Part shown: positions 11,167 to 21,349 of the stretch, in pieces
How the letters are laid out: each line of letters opens with the position of its first letter
Numbering within the stretch: the first letter of the stretch is position 1
Assembly: GCA_963843795.1 (NCBI GenBank)
Contig: CAWJLW010000006.1
Location: forward strand, 1,922,001 to 1,986,000
Length of the DNA stretch: 64,000 nt
Source: an uncultured bacterium
GTDB taxonomy: Bacteria; Armatimonadota; Abditibacteriia; Abditibacteriales; Abditibacteriaceae
Direction: 5' to 3'
Position numbers and translations under genes: made by a program
Notes under the pieces: model-generated
Told to the model about the DNA's origin: nothing
The model's input: only the letters and a program-made list of their open reading frames with translations
Databases searched by the model: none

Positions 11167-11829
11167 TCATTTGAGAGAAATATCCCAACTCGCATCGACT
11201 TGTGGGCGCGAAAGGTTTTTAACGTGTCCATCCGCGAACAGCACGTTGTAGCGTTGTGCCAGCGGATAAAGCGTGCCGTGCCATTGACCAACAATATCCA
11301 GTAGCAGATTAGTTTCAGGGGGTGTTTTCAAACTGGCTTCATGAAGCTGACGGGCCGCAAACTCGGTGCGATAACCATAGCTGATACCGTATTTTTCAAA
11401 ACTTGACGGAAAAGCATCCATTCTGACGCGACGAAAATCTGACTCTATGAAACCGCTATCTGACGGACAGCGAAATATAGCATTCGACTTGATTTGGGGC
11501 TGTAATACGTCTTGTAACAACGGCAAAGTAGGAATTTGTCGTTGAAACTCGGGAAATTCGCTCCACGCATAGGCGGTGAGACGATCAACCGGATCAATAG
11601 CATATGGATAACGGCCATCGTAATCCTGCAAATACAGCGATATTCCCACACCGATTTGCCGCAGGTTAGAGGCACACGCCATTTCTCGTGCTTTACCTCG
11701 CACTGTCCAAAAAGCTGGTAGCAGCAAAGCCGCCAGCACGCTGATGATGGCCAAGATAATCAACAACTCTAAAAGAGAAAAACCCTGCTGTTTACGTCTC
11801 TGGGAGTATATCGGTCGATGAAGTGACAT
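11167..11829 (-). CDS. Prepilin-type DUF1559/H-X9-DG protein
   Basis: GFSLLELLIILAII...ACASNLRQIG; CPSD; WHG...YNVLFADGHVK. Confidence 0.9.
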   Translation of the reverse strand: MSLHRPIYSQRRKQQGFSLLELLIILAIISVLAALLLPAFWTVRGKAREMACASNLRQIGVGISLYLQDYDGRYPYAIDPVDRLTAYAWSEFPEFQRQIPTLPLLQDVLQPQIKSNAIFRCPSDSGFIESDFRRVRMDAFPSSFEKYGISYGYRTEFAARQLHEASLKTPPETNLLLDIVGQWHGTLYPLAQRYNVLFADGHVKNLSRPQVDASWDISLK

Positions 11830-11913
11830 AACTTATGGCGGCAACGAACAAAGCAAAAGGCGAGAACACAAGAATTATGTACTTGCTGTTCTCGCCTTTC
11901 AAATCAAACTTGG

Positions 11914-12348
11914 TCAAAGGTCGTAACACATTCCATAATCTGTGCTACGATAGTCATTAGGCTGAGTCGGACTGCAAGATGCAACACCCATACTTTGATA
12001 CATCGAGCGGAAATATAAGATATTTCCAGCCTGTTGCTGCGCACCGTTCACTATACAGACACGCAGATTCTGCTCATACTTACAGCAGTTGTAGTAATCG
12101 GTGTTGTTGAAAAAATCTGCTCGCCAAGCCGAGGATTTACGACAAGTCCATCCATTATAGGGATGGGTGGTGTAGTTAGTCCCTGTAGGACAAGGTTGTC
12201 TTTCGTCAATGACATTGGCGCAATTGCCATCCGTATAACCATAGGCAAGCGCGACTTGGTAGTTTGCAACCAAGTAACTTGTTGCCAAACAAACAGTCAA
12301 GGTCCCAAATGCAGCGTTGACTTTGCGCAGCAGAGTTGTCGTCTTCAT
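11914..12348 (-). CDS. Secreted cysteine-rich hypothetical protein (144 aa; 8 Cys in mature part)
   Basis: Strong RBS AAAGGAG before ATG 12348; signal-peptide-like N-terminus ending VALA; Cys pattern C-C-C-CC-C-C-C. Confidence 0.75.
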   Translation of the reverse strand: MKTTTLLRKVNAAFGTLTVCLATSYLVANYQVALAYGYTDGNCANVIDERQPCPTGTNYTTHPYNGWTCRKSSAWRADFFNNTDYYNCCKYEQNLRVCIVNGAQQQAGNILYFRSMYQSMGVASCSPTQPNDYRSTDYGMCYDL

Positions 12349-12371
12349 GCGTAATTCTCCTTTTGTATTAT

Positions 12372-13043
12372 TTAGTTGAGGAAGTGGTAAGGTGGCACTA
12401 ATTCGCGCGACACTTCTTTGAATGTCGGCTGGCCCGAACGGTGTGGTGTGTTTTCTACGGTTTCGGTTTCGGTAACACGTCCACTTGCCCACAACGAGAC
12501 AGTCTTAGAACCACTATTTCCAGATTTAGCAATCCAGATGTCCTGATAATCTTGGAAGCCGTTTTGCAAATCGACTTGCATATTGTGACGCATTTGCGCT
12601 TTGCCACCTTCTGAACTTTGGAATGTTGACCAATCCGAGATTTTCAAAACCGGTTGCCAGGAATATTCGCACACGCCAGCATCCAAGATGTCATGCGTCA
12701 AAGGTGACGGAGATTCTGGCAATGTGGGCAGCGATTGCCAAACTAAATTTTGTGCGTTTTTATCGCCGTTCAACATCCGTTTCAAGTCAGCTTTGTGTTC
12801 TATAGCCCACACGCGCCATCTTTCACGCAGTTCTGCCGCCTTCTTTTTGCGCGCATTTTGTAAAGCCGGAGCCATATCAGGAACGTATTTGTTCTGTTGA
12901 GCATATTGACCTTTGTTTGCTTGACCCTGTAAATAAGTTAAGCTGGCCAAGGTGCCGCCTGAAATCAACAAAGCCATCATAGCTAATATCACTTGACGCG
13001 TCTTACGCCGTGTTTCATCTTTTGTGTTTGTCGGTTCTTTCAT
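12372..13043 (-). CDS. Hypothetical protein with N-terminal membrane anchor
   Basis: RBS GAGGAGG; basic N-terminus then hydrophobic helix VILAMMALLISGGTLASL; 223 aa. Confidence 0.75.
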   Translation of the reverse strand: MKEPTNTKDETRRKTRQVILAMMALLISGGTLASLTYLQGQANKGQYAQQNKYVPDMAPALQNARKKKAAELRERWRVWAIEHKADLKRMLNGDKNAQNLVWQSLPTLPESPSPLTHDILDAGVCEYSWQPVLKISDWSTFQSSEGGKAQMRHNMQVDLQNGFQDYQDIWIAKSGNSGSKTVSLWASGRVTETETVENTPHRSGQPTFKEVSRELVPPYHFLN

Positions 13044-13071
13044 ATTTCCCCTCCTCTACATCGAACATTGC

Positions 13072-13526
13072 CTAACGAAAAAATGAATCAGAAGGAACAC
13101 CTCCTTCCGTTTGGCGAACGATGCGGCCATTAGTGACATTGACCAAGCCAATCTTTTTCTGCGGGCTGAAACGATCAATAACAGATTGATCTGCATTAGT
13201 GAGGACGTGAAGATGCTGCTGTGGTAGCTTATCCCGCTTCAGGGCTACTAACTCTTTGTGAGATTTCGATGAAACAACGACAACATCAAACTGATTATTG
13301 ATACCCAAGCGAACCAGTTCAGAATCGGCGCACAGCCACAATCTTCGGGTGGGAAAGAAACCAGTAAGGTATGCGAATGTTTCGACCAATCCCAACCCTC
13401 AAGCTGCGGAGGTTTCAACTTTGAAGAAGTCTGAAACCAAGCAATTGCCAAACCTAATGAAAACATTAGAAAGCTCATCAGCAAAAGCGGGCTTTCCCAT
13501 AGTTTCCCTGAGCTATTCTTGAACAT
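13072..13526 (-). pseudogene. Membrane-anchored thioredoxin-fold-like protein (CGC motif), frameshifted at ~13325
   Basis: Frame A from ATG 13526: MFKNSSGK...TM helix...TLLVSFPPEDCGCA; continuation in frame B DSELVRLGINNQFDVVVVSS...IGLVNVTNGRIVRQ, resembling a Trx-fold C-terminus. Confidence 0.5.
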
Positions 13527-13650
13527 TTGAAGTTGATGCATCTTTGAAGTTGATGCATCTTTGAAGTTGATGCATCTTTGAAGTTGATGCACCTTTGAAG
13601 TTGATGCACCTTTGAAGTTGATGCACCTTTGAAGTTGATGCACCTTTGAA
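13526..13650. repeat. Tandem repeat, 7 x 17 bp TTTGAAGTTGATGCA(T/C)C plus a 6-bp partial unit
   Basis: Units start at 13526, 13543, 13560 (T variant) and 13577, 13594, 13611, 13628 (C variant). Confidence 0.95.
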
Positions 13651-13822
13651 TACAATATCACGCGTCTTGTTATCGCGCAACAGTAATTACGAAAAAAAGA
13701 TTCTTTTTTATAATACAGTAAATTACGTAACACTTGCACGAGGTACGCAATTCTACATTTCCTTGCCTGACTCGTATTTGCGATTGTAACATCAAAATGC
13801 GTTTTGTACGTACGGGCAACTT

Positions 13823-14816
13823 TTATTTCGTCCGTCTCGAACTGACACCAAATGCCCATGGCGCGCCGCACAAGCTCGAAAGCCACACCGTCGCTTGCCA
13901 CAAGAGCGACCACGCCAGCACCAAACCTTTGGGCCAACTCGCGCCTAAGAGCGCCAACGCCGCTCCTTCGCGCACGCCCAAGCCGCCGATTCCTAAGGGA
14001 ATGAGCGAAGAAACCGCGAGAACCGGCGCGAGCCACGAAACCGACAGCGCGCTGAGTTGCAAACCGACAGCGCGCGCCAGCCACAAATTGATGCCGATTT
14101 GAATGAGTTGCACCAGCAGCGAAAGCACGAGCGCCAGCCACACAACCGCGCGCTGTTGCGGCGCTGCGTAGAGACTTAGCGCGTTTTGTAACGAACGCAC
14201 AATGCCGCCGATTTTGGCCAATGGGCCAGATAATTTGGCGTCTGGAATTTCGCTTGTTTAAAATTCGATTCAGGGCAGCGAAAGCTATCAATGCAACAAT
14301 CAACAGCGCGCTAAAAATCAGAATCAAGCGCCACGCTTGCGCGCTTTGAGCGCCGCGCGATGCGCCGTCGAAAACTAAAGCCAGCGCGCCAATCAGCAGC
14401 AAACCCACCATGCCGCTGACCCTGTCCATCAGAACCGAAGCCGCCGCAATCAAACGACTTTGCACCGTTTCGCCCGCTTGAATCACGCGCGCGGCGTCGC
14501 CGCCAATGCCAGTTGGCATCCACAAATTCCAGAACATTCCGACGCCATACCAGCGCACGCACGACCCTAAATCGACGGGCGCACTTTGCGGGTTGCCAAT
14601 CGCGTTGAGCAGCAGTTGCCAGCGCCACGCGCTGAGTATTTGCCCGAGCCAATAAAGCGCAACGCTTCCCGCAAGTACTTGCCACGACACATTTTGTAAA
14701 GCCGCGCCGACGGGAATATCGCGCGCGCCCCGCACCAGCGCCCACACGATGAGCGCGCCCAGCGACAAGCGCGAAAGCCATTGCCACGGCGCGCGGCGTT
14801 TAGGTTCTTTGGTCAT
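13823..14816 (-). CDS. Lysylphosphatidylglycerol synthase TM / UPF0104 flippase-like protein, frameshifted near 14260
   Basis: AWRWQLLL, FWNLWMPTGIGGDAAR in the 5' frame; IPLGIGGLGVREGA in the 3' frame (13823-14221). Confidence 0.8.
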
Positions 14817-14833
14817 GCAAGTACTTGCTGCGC

Positions 14834-16656
14834 TTACAAACCTTGTTTGCGCGGTGCAACGAAATCGAAAGTGAAGCCTTGTGGCGCGGGGCGATTCGAC
14901 AGCAAACGATAATCGTTACTGCGACCGATGATTTGCAGGCCAGCGGGCAAGTTTTTCAAATCGGGATTATTGACGCGAATCAAGACAAACGCGCGTTTTG
15001 GGTCGCGCGCCAAACGTTCCAGCAAGCCATCGGTTTTGATGAAATAAGGCGAGCGCGCGATAGCGGCTTCGTCCAAGCCGGAAGTGTTTTTGAAGTCGGC
15101 AATCAGAAGCGGACGACCGAGATAGAAAATCGTCGAAGGCAAAAACTGGCGATGCAAGACGAAATTATCGTCTTTTTGAAGATACGGTAGCAGCGCTTTC
15201 ACCATCACGGCGGAATCTTCGTAACGCGCGATGCGACCCGCCGCGAACAGCAGCACAACGTGAATCGCGACCGCTGTCAGCCACTGCGAAAGAAAAATTC
15301 CCTGCGCGTTCTGACGCCGCCAACCGCGCCACACGCCCCAGATGCCGCCCACGCACACCAGAATCACCGCGATGATAAACGGCAAACCTTCGTTCAAGGG
15401 CATAGTTTTGCCGTCGCTGAGGTATAACGCCACGCCAACCGCCAAAACCGCGTAAAACACCATCACAAAGCCCATCGCGATTTGCCACGCGCGCCCGAAT
15501 TTCTCGTCACCCGCATCTTCCGAACGCTGCAAACGCGCCTCGAAAGTCATTGCGATTAAAATGCTCAGCGCGGGCAGCGCGGGCATGATATACGACACCA
15601 ACTTGGTCGAAGACAGTGAGAAAACGCCGGTAATCACCAGCGCCCAAATCAGCAAAAACCAGATGCCGCGCTGCGTGTAAAGCTGGCATTGGCGTCTTCT
15701 TTTCCGCCACCTAAATTCTGGCGCGCGAACAAAATACGTGGCAGGGCCAAGAGCCAACCGCTCCAAGGTAACAGCGCAATCAAAATGACGGGCAGATAAT
15801 AATAAATCGGCGTCGGCTTGTGATATTCGACGCCGCCCGCGAAACGCCCCAGATTTTCTTCAATCAGAAAGCGGCGCAGAAAATTCGGCACGCGCTCTGA
15901 AATGGCGTGAACCCACGGCCACGCCATCGCAACCGCAATCGCAATCGCCACAAACAAAGCCAGCCAGGTGTGCGCACTGGTCAAAACTTGCCAGCGCCGC
16001 ATCGCCAAAATCCACAGAAATGCGATGATTAAAGGAAACGCTAGTCCGACCGGCCCTTTGGCCAAAAGTGCCAAGCCCATTCCGACGCCGGCAACCAGCG
16101 CGCCCGGCCACCAAGCGGACGAAGTTTCGCTCGGCTCGTTTTGGTTCTGCGGCCAGTCGATAACTTGCCACACGCCCAGCGTTGCCAGAGAAATGGCGAA
16201 CGTGAGCAGCATATCGGTGTTAAGAATACGCGCGAAAGCGAAGGGAAATAATGAAGTCGCCCACACAATCGCGCTCAGCCACGCGGCGCGGCGATTGAAA
16301 ATGTGCGCAGCCAGCAGCCACACGATAATCATCGTACCCAAACCGGCCAGCGCCGAGGGCAAACGTCCGGCGATTTCGTTGGCGCCGATGAAATTGATCG
16401 CGGTCGCTGCCGTCCAATAAACCAACGGTGGTTTATTCAAGCGCGGCACGCTGTTGAGATGCGGTACGACCCAATCGGGCGCTTTTCCATCGAAGCCGCG
16501 CGCCATTTCGAGCGAGGCCGAAGCGTAGCGACCTTCATCGGGATTGAAAAACGGCGCGTAATCGAGATGAACGAACAGAAAAATCGCTGCGACCAAGGCG
16601 AGAATGCGCCACAGAGTTTCATCGGGCGCATGTGATTGAACTTTCGTGCGCGCCAC
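14834..16656 (-). CDS. ArnT/PMT-like (GT83/GT39) membrane glycosyltransferase, frameshifted near 15675
   Basis: PDEGRYA, KPPLVYW, LAKGPVG, YYYLP in ORF 15649-16656; FSLSSTKLVSYIMPALP in ORF 14834-15766. Confidence 0.85.
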
Positions 16657-17439
16657 TTAACTTCCTCCGGCAGCACGCCAGCGAACCGGATTGCGCAAAA
16701 CCGGCAAATCGCCGATTTGGGTTTCCAGAATATCGCCGTCTTTCAAAGCGCCAATGCCAACCGGCGTGCCGGTCATAATCACATCGCCCGCTTCGAGCGT
16801 GATGCACTGGCTGAGGAATGAGATAATTTTCGCAACGCTGAAAATCATGTCGCTCGTGTGGCCGTCCTGACGCACTTCGCCATTGACAATTGAACGGACG
16901 CGCACATTCTGCGGATCGAGATCGGTTTCAATGAACGGGCCAAGCGGCGCGTAAGTGTCCATCGATTTGGCGCGCGCCCACTGCGATTCGGCCTTTTGAA
17001 TCACGCGGTCGCTGATGTCCTGACCGTTGGTGAAACCCAGCACATAATCTAAGGCTTCGGCTTCGGAAACATCGCGGCACTGGCGTCCGATAACGACCGA
17101 AAGTTCGGCTTCATAATCGGTGCGATTGTCAGGAAAAACAATTTCAATCGGCGTTTCATGCGCGATAATCGCCGCGGTCGATTTGAACCACATCAGCGGC
17201 TCGTCAGGCAGCGGCTTGCCGGATTCTTTGGCGTGTTCGACGTAATTCAAACCGATGGCGAACAATTTCGGCGGCACAACCGGCGCAAGTACTTGCAGCG
17301 TTTCCAAGGGCGCCATATCGCCGGTGCGACCGATATCGCCCAGGTTCAAAAACGGGTCCACAATGCTGTAAGCGGTTCCGTTTTCAATTTCAATGTAGCG
17401 CGCCTGCTCGTTCCACAACGCCCGTCCGATCAAAGCCAT
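16657..17439 (-). CDS. Fumarylacetoacetate hydrolase family protein
   Basis: IGLNYVEHAKE, DYEAEL, AKSMDTYAPLGP, GDVIMTGTP. Confidence 0.93.
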   Translation of the reverse strand: MALIGRALWNEQARYIEIENGTAYSIVDPFLNLGDIGRTGDMAPLETLQVLAPVVPPKLFAIGLNYVEHAKESGKPLPDEPLMWFKSTAAIIAHETPIEIVFPDNRTDYEAELSVVIGRQCRDVSEAEALDYVLGFTNGQDISDRVIQKAESQWARAKSMDTYAPLGPFIETDLDPQNVRVRSIVNGEVRQDGHTSDMIFSVAKIISFLSQCITLEAGDVIMTGTPVGIGALKDGDILETQIGDLPVLRNPVRWRAAGGS

Positions 17440-17460
17440 AATTTTCCTGTAATTGTAAAT

Positions 17461-17754
17461 TTATTCGAGATTAAGTCGCGCCAGAATTTCCTCGCTGCTT
17501 AAATTCGGACACAACACGATTTTATCGCGCGACTTGCCGCCGCGCTGCAATTGCAGCGAAGTTTTCGCACATTTCAAAGTTTTCGCCAACAATTCCAAGA
17601 CCGCCGCATTCGCCGCGCCATCACTCGGTAACGCCGTAACTGAAACCAAAAGCGCACCTTCACGCACGCCTTCAATGGCATTATGGCGCGCACGCGGCCT
17701 CACGCGCAACGGAATCAGCACGCCATTTTCGCTATCGCTGAGTTCGAGTTGCAT
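17461..17754 (-). CDS. yggU: DUF167 (YggU/UPF0235) family protein
   Basis: VRPRA, VTALPSDGAANAA, GGKSRDK motifs. Confidence 0.85.
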   Translation of the reverse strand: MQLELSDSENGVLIPLRVRPRARHNAIEGVREGALLVSVTALPSDGAANAAVLELLAKTLKCAKTSLQLQRGGKSRDKIVLCPNLSSEEILARLNLE

Positions 17755-17776
17755 GATCTGCCCCACAACTACTGTC

Positions 17777-19345
17777 TCACAGTTGATGTTTGCTGCGCCA
17801 CTCACGCGCGAGCGTGGGAATATCGCGCTTTTCGCCATCGACCGCGTAATTCAAAGCACGCATTTCCTCAGTCGTGATGCTATTTTCCAGGGCGGCAAGT
17901 ACCTGCGAAGCAATGGGCGCGCTTTTCAGCGCCGCATTGCGCACGATATAAACCGCTTGATACGGCGGAAAATATTTTTTATCATCCAGCAATTGCACCA
18001 GATTCAATTTCGCAATTAAACCATCGGTCGAATTGCCCGCAATCATATCGACTTGCCCGCTCGACAACGCGCGATACGTCAGCGACAAATCCATTTCGCG
18101 CGGAGGACGCGCAAATTTGAGATTGTAAGTGCGCGCAAAACCCGGATAGCCATCAGCGCGCGACATGAAATCTTGACCAAAACCAGCCTGATGGGTTGGC
18201 GTGTAACGCGTGGCGTCAGAAATCGTTTTCAAACCAAATTTCTGCGCATCTTTCTGACGCACCAAAATCGCGAAATCGTTGCTAAAACCCAGCGGCGGGC
18301 CGACAGTGAGATCGAATTTTTCCTGATATTCAGCTTTGGTCTGGTTGTAAACCTTCTCGACATCGGAAATCGGTTTATTCCCCAAAATTGCCGTGAACGC
18401 GGTGCCGGTGTATTCGGGATAAGCGTCGATCTGGCCCGCGACCACGCTCTCGTGCGCTAGATTTCCTGCTAACTCGAAACGACGTTGAACCTGCACGCCG
18501 CGCGCTTCCAAAGCCTGCGCGTAAATTTCCGCCAGAATCACCGATTCCGAAAAATCTTTCGAGCCAACGACAAATTTCTGCGGCGCGTAATAATTACGCG
18601 CAAACGAAACGCCCCAAAGCGCCAAAATCGTGACGACAACTGTTGCGCCGACCGTTTTCACGCGGCGCGGCGGCGCTTCGAGCGCGGCAAATTGAGTGGG
18701 GAAATTGAGCGTCGAAGAATCGGGGCGCGATTGATGACTGAGACGATAACCGAGCCAGCCCAGCGCGCCGTCGATAATCAAGGCTAAAAGCGCAGCGGGA
18801 ATCGCACCGGCCAGAATCAGCGCGTTATCGTTTTGACGCAAACCGCGAAAAATTAATTGGCCCAAGCCACCAGCGTCAATCGTGGCCGCAATCGTCGTAA
18901 TGCCGACGCACAACACAGTCGCCACGCGCACGCCGGATAAAATCACGCTCAGCGAAAGTGGCAATTCGACGTGCCACAACAATTGTTTATCAGTCAAACC
19001 CATCGCGCGCGCTGCTTCGCGCACGTTCGGATCAACACCTAAAATTCCAGTCAACGTGTTGCGAATAACCGGCAGCAATGCGTACAAAACCAGCGCGATA
19101 ATTGCGGTTGGCGCTCCGATGCCCAGAAAAGGAATTAAAAGACCAAACAAGGCCAAGCTTGGCACAGTTTGAAAAATGTTGGCGAGTGCGAGAATCGAAG
19201 GCTGCCAGCGTTCGTGTCGCGAAATCCAAATGCCAACCGGCAAGCCGATGGCCACAGCAATCGCCATCGCCATTGCCACCAGTTGCAAATGTTCCAACGT
19301 CAATTGCAAAATCGAGCGTCCGTTTTGGGCCAGCCATTGTTGCAT
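17777..19345 (-). CDS. Osmoprotectant (glycine betaine/proline/choline) ABC transporter, permease fused to substrate-binding protein
   Basis: QTVPSLALFG, EAARAMG loop, GAIPAALLA; VGSKDFSES, AYPEYTGT, DDKKYFPPY. Confidence 0.93.
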   Translation of the reverse strand: MQQWLAQNGRSILQLTLEHLQLVAMAMAIAVAIGLPVGIWISRHERWQPSILALANIFQTVPSLALFGLLIPFLGIGAPTAIIALVLYALLPVIRNTLTGILGVDPNVREAARAMGLTDKQLLWHVELPLSLSVILSGVRVATVLCVGITTIAATIDAGGLGQLIFRGLRQNDNALILAGAIPAALLALIIDGALGWLGYRLSHQSRPDSSTLNFPTQFAALEAPPRRVKTVGATVVVTILALWGVSFARNYYAPQKFVVGSKDFSESVILAEIYAQALEARGVQVQRRFELAGNLAHESVVAGQIDAYPEYTGTAFTAILGNKPISDVEKVYNQTKAEYQEKFDLTVGPPLGFSNDFAILVRQKDAQKFGLKTISDATRYTPTHQAGFGQDFMSRADGYPGFARTYNLKFARPPREMDLSLTYRALSSGQVDMIAGNSTDGLIAKLNLVQLLDDKKYFPPYQAVYIVRNAALKSAPIASQVLAALENSITTEEMRALNYAVDGEKRDIPTLAREWRSKHQL

Positions 19346-19387
19346 AATCACAAAACGCCCTGCAAGTACTTGCAGGGCATGAATATC

Positions 19388-20152
19388 TCAAGTTTCCAGC
19401 GTTTGATAATAAGCGCGTGCGTATGGGTTCTGTGAATTAACGAATTCGTCCGGTGTCGCCAAGAGTTCGATTTGTCCGGCGCGCATCAGTGCGATGCGAT
19501 TGCTCAGCAAAAGCGCTTCGCGGACATCGTGCGTCACTAGAACAACCGTTGTTTCCAAACGCGACGTAAGTTGTTGAAATTCGCGCCGCACTTCTTCGCG
19601 CGTAATGGGGTCTAGCGCACCGAACGGCTCATCCATCAGCAAAAGCTTCGGATCGGTAGCCAATGCGCGCGCCACACCAATGCGTTGGCGCTGTCCGCCC
19701 GAAAGTTCGCCCGGTAAACGCGGGCCAAATTGATCGGCGTCCAAGCCAACCAATTGCAGCATTTCGCGCACGCGCAGGGCGATTTTCTCTTGAGGCCAAC
19801 CTTGCAAAAGCGGGCCGATGGCAATGTTGCGCGCGACCGAAAAATGCGGAAACAAACCGCCGTCTTGCAAGACGTAACCGATGCCACGCCGCAATTGAAT
19901 CGCATCCGACCGCGAAGTTTGCGCGCCATCAATTGTTACCGTGCCGCGCGTCGGCAACAAAAGCGCGTTTATCAAACGCAGCGTGGTTGTTTTGCCGCAG
20001 CCGCTTTCGCCCAGCAAAACCAGCGTTTCACCGCGCCGCACCTGCAGATTGCACTCGCGCAAAATCAGCAGGTCAGTATTAGGTGCTTGATAAGAAACGC
20101 CGCGCAATTCAATCAAATTAGCAACAGCGTTTTCGACGTTAGAAGAGTTCAC
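19388..20152 (-). CDS. Osmoprotectant ABC transporter ATP-binding subunit
   Basis: GESGCGKTT, LSGGQRQR, LLMDEPFGALDP. Confidence 0.93.
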   Translation of the reverse strand: MNSSNVENAVANLIELRGVSYQAPNTDLLILRECNLQVRRGETLVLLGESGCGKTTTLRLINALLLPTRGTVTIDGAQTSRSDAIQLRRGIGYVLQDGGLFPHFSVARNIAIGPLLQGWPQEKIALRVREMLQLVGLDADQFGPRLPGELSGGQRQRIGVARALATDPKLLLMDEPFGALDPITREEVRREFQQLTSRLETTVVLVTHDVREALLLSNRIALMRAGQIELLATPDEFVNSQNPYARAYYQTLET

Positions 20153-20170
20153 AACAGGTGGTTTCGGTTG

Positions 20171-20428
20171 TTAAAGATGTAGAATTGAGCGTCCCAGTTG
20201 GATGATGAGCAAGGCCAGCATCGGCGAAAAATCGACGCCCATGCCGCCGGAAACGGGGATTTGCGCGACGCGGCGCAGCGGCATCAGAATCGGCTCGGTA
20301 ATAATTTTGATTACGCGCGCCCACAAAGTGCGCTGCCACGGCGGCACCCACGACACGATCACACGTGCCAACAGTAAAATCGTCACAAGGTTCAAAGCGA
20401 GGCTGATTAAGCCAAAAACAGCAAACAT
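20171..20428 (-). CDS. yggT: YggT family membrane protein
   Basis: ARVIVSW, ITEPILMPLRR, VDFSPMLA. Confidence 0.9.
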   Translation of the reverse strand: MFAVFGLISLALNLVTILLLARVIVSWVPPWQRTLWARVIKIITEPILMPLRRVAQIPVSGGMGVDFSPMLALLIIQLGRSILHL

Positions 20429-20466
20429 TTTTTCTCCTCAATTCAACCCGCAAGTACTTGCAGCCA

Positions 20467-21267
20467 TTACACACTCAGTTCACGCGAGCGTTGTGTAGCC
20501 GCGTCCACTGCGTCCATCACCGCGCCGCGAAAAGCGTGCGATTCCAGCGCGTGCAATCCAGCGATGGTTGTACCACCGGGCGAAGTCACCATATCTTTGA
20601 GCGCACCGGGATGTTTTCCGGTTTCTAAAACCATCTGCGCCGCGCCCAGCACGGTTTGCGCCGCTAATTTCGTCGCCACATCGCGCGCCAAGCCCGCGCG
20701 CACGCCCGCGTCGCTCAAAGCTTCGATGAAAATGTAAACGTAAGCCGGGCCACTGCCCGACAAACCGGTGACGGCATCAAGCGAATTTTCCGCAACGTCG
20801 ACCGCAATTCCCACCGCGTCGAAAATGCGATGCGCATATTCGCGATGTTTCGCTGCCGCATGACGCCCCAAAGCAATCGCCGTTGCCGCGCGATTGACCA
20901 AAGCCGGCGTGTTCGGCATCACGCGCACGACCGGCACATTGTGCGCGAAACAGGCTTCGATTTGCGCGGTTGTCACACCGGCACAAATGGAAATTAGCGT
21001 TTTTTCCGACGTGAGAGCTGCGCGCAATGGTTCCAGGGCACTGGCAAGTACTTGCGGCTTGACCGCGAGCAACATCGCATCGGCATTCCCACAATCATCG
21101 GCGTTTTCCAACGCAGTGATTTTCAATTCCTGCGCCAATTTTTGTAAACGTGCGGTGTCGGGATCAAAAGCAGACAATTGATCGGCGCGGAAAATTTGCG
21201 CTTCGAGCAGACCGCGCATCAAGGCTTCGCCCATCGCGCCCGCGCCGAGAAAAGAAAGAGAATTCAT
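20467..21267 (-). CDS. proC: Pyrroline-5-carboxylate reductase
   Basis: GAGAMG, LAVKPQ, RVMPNTP, GLSGSGPAY, VTSPGGTT. Confidence 0.97.
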   Translation of the reverse strand: MNSLSFLGAGAMGEALMRGLLEAQIFRADQLSAFDPDTARLQKLAQELKITALENADDCGNADAMLLAVKPQVLASALEPLRAALTSEKTLISICAGVTTAQIEACFAHNVPVVRVMPNTPALVNRAATAIALGRHAAAKHREYAHRIFDAVGIAVDVAENSLDAVTGLSGSGPAYVYIFIEALSDAGVRAGLARDVATKLAAQTVLGAAQMVLETGKHPGALKDMVTSPGGTTIAGLHALESHAFRGAVMDAVDAATQRSRELSV

Positions 21268-21349
21268 AAATCGAAAATCACAAAACTACAAACCAAACGC
21301 GCCCGCAAGTATCGGCACCTGCGGGCGCGTAAAGTTACTGTTTTTTATT

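Noticed and set aside
12262..12290. CAAGTAACTTG inside the Cys-rich gene as another frameshifting motif insertion
   Set aside because: Flanking G/C of the core are missing and the reading frame is intact (ATSYLVA)
13526..13650. Possible CRISPR array
   Set aside because: Units are head-to-tail with no spacers, only 17 bp long, and no cas genes are in the window
13248..14816. 522-aa ORF from the track as one protein
   Set aside because: Chance read-through: flippase-like N-half, out-of-frame segment, tandem repeat, then the next gene's N-terminus
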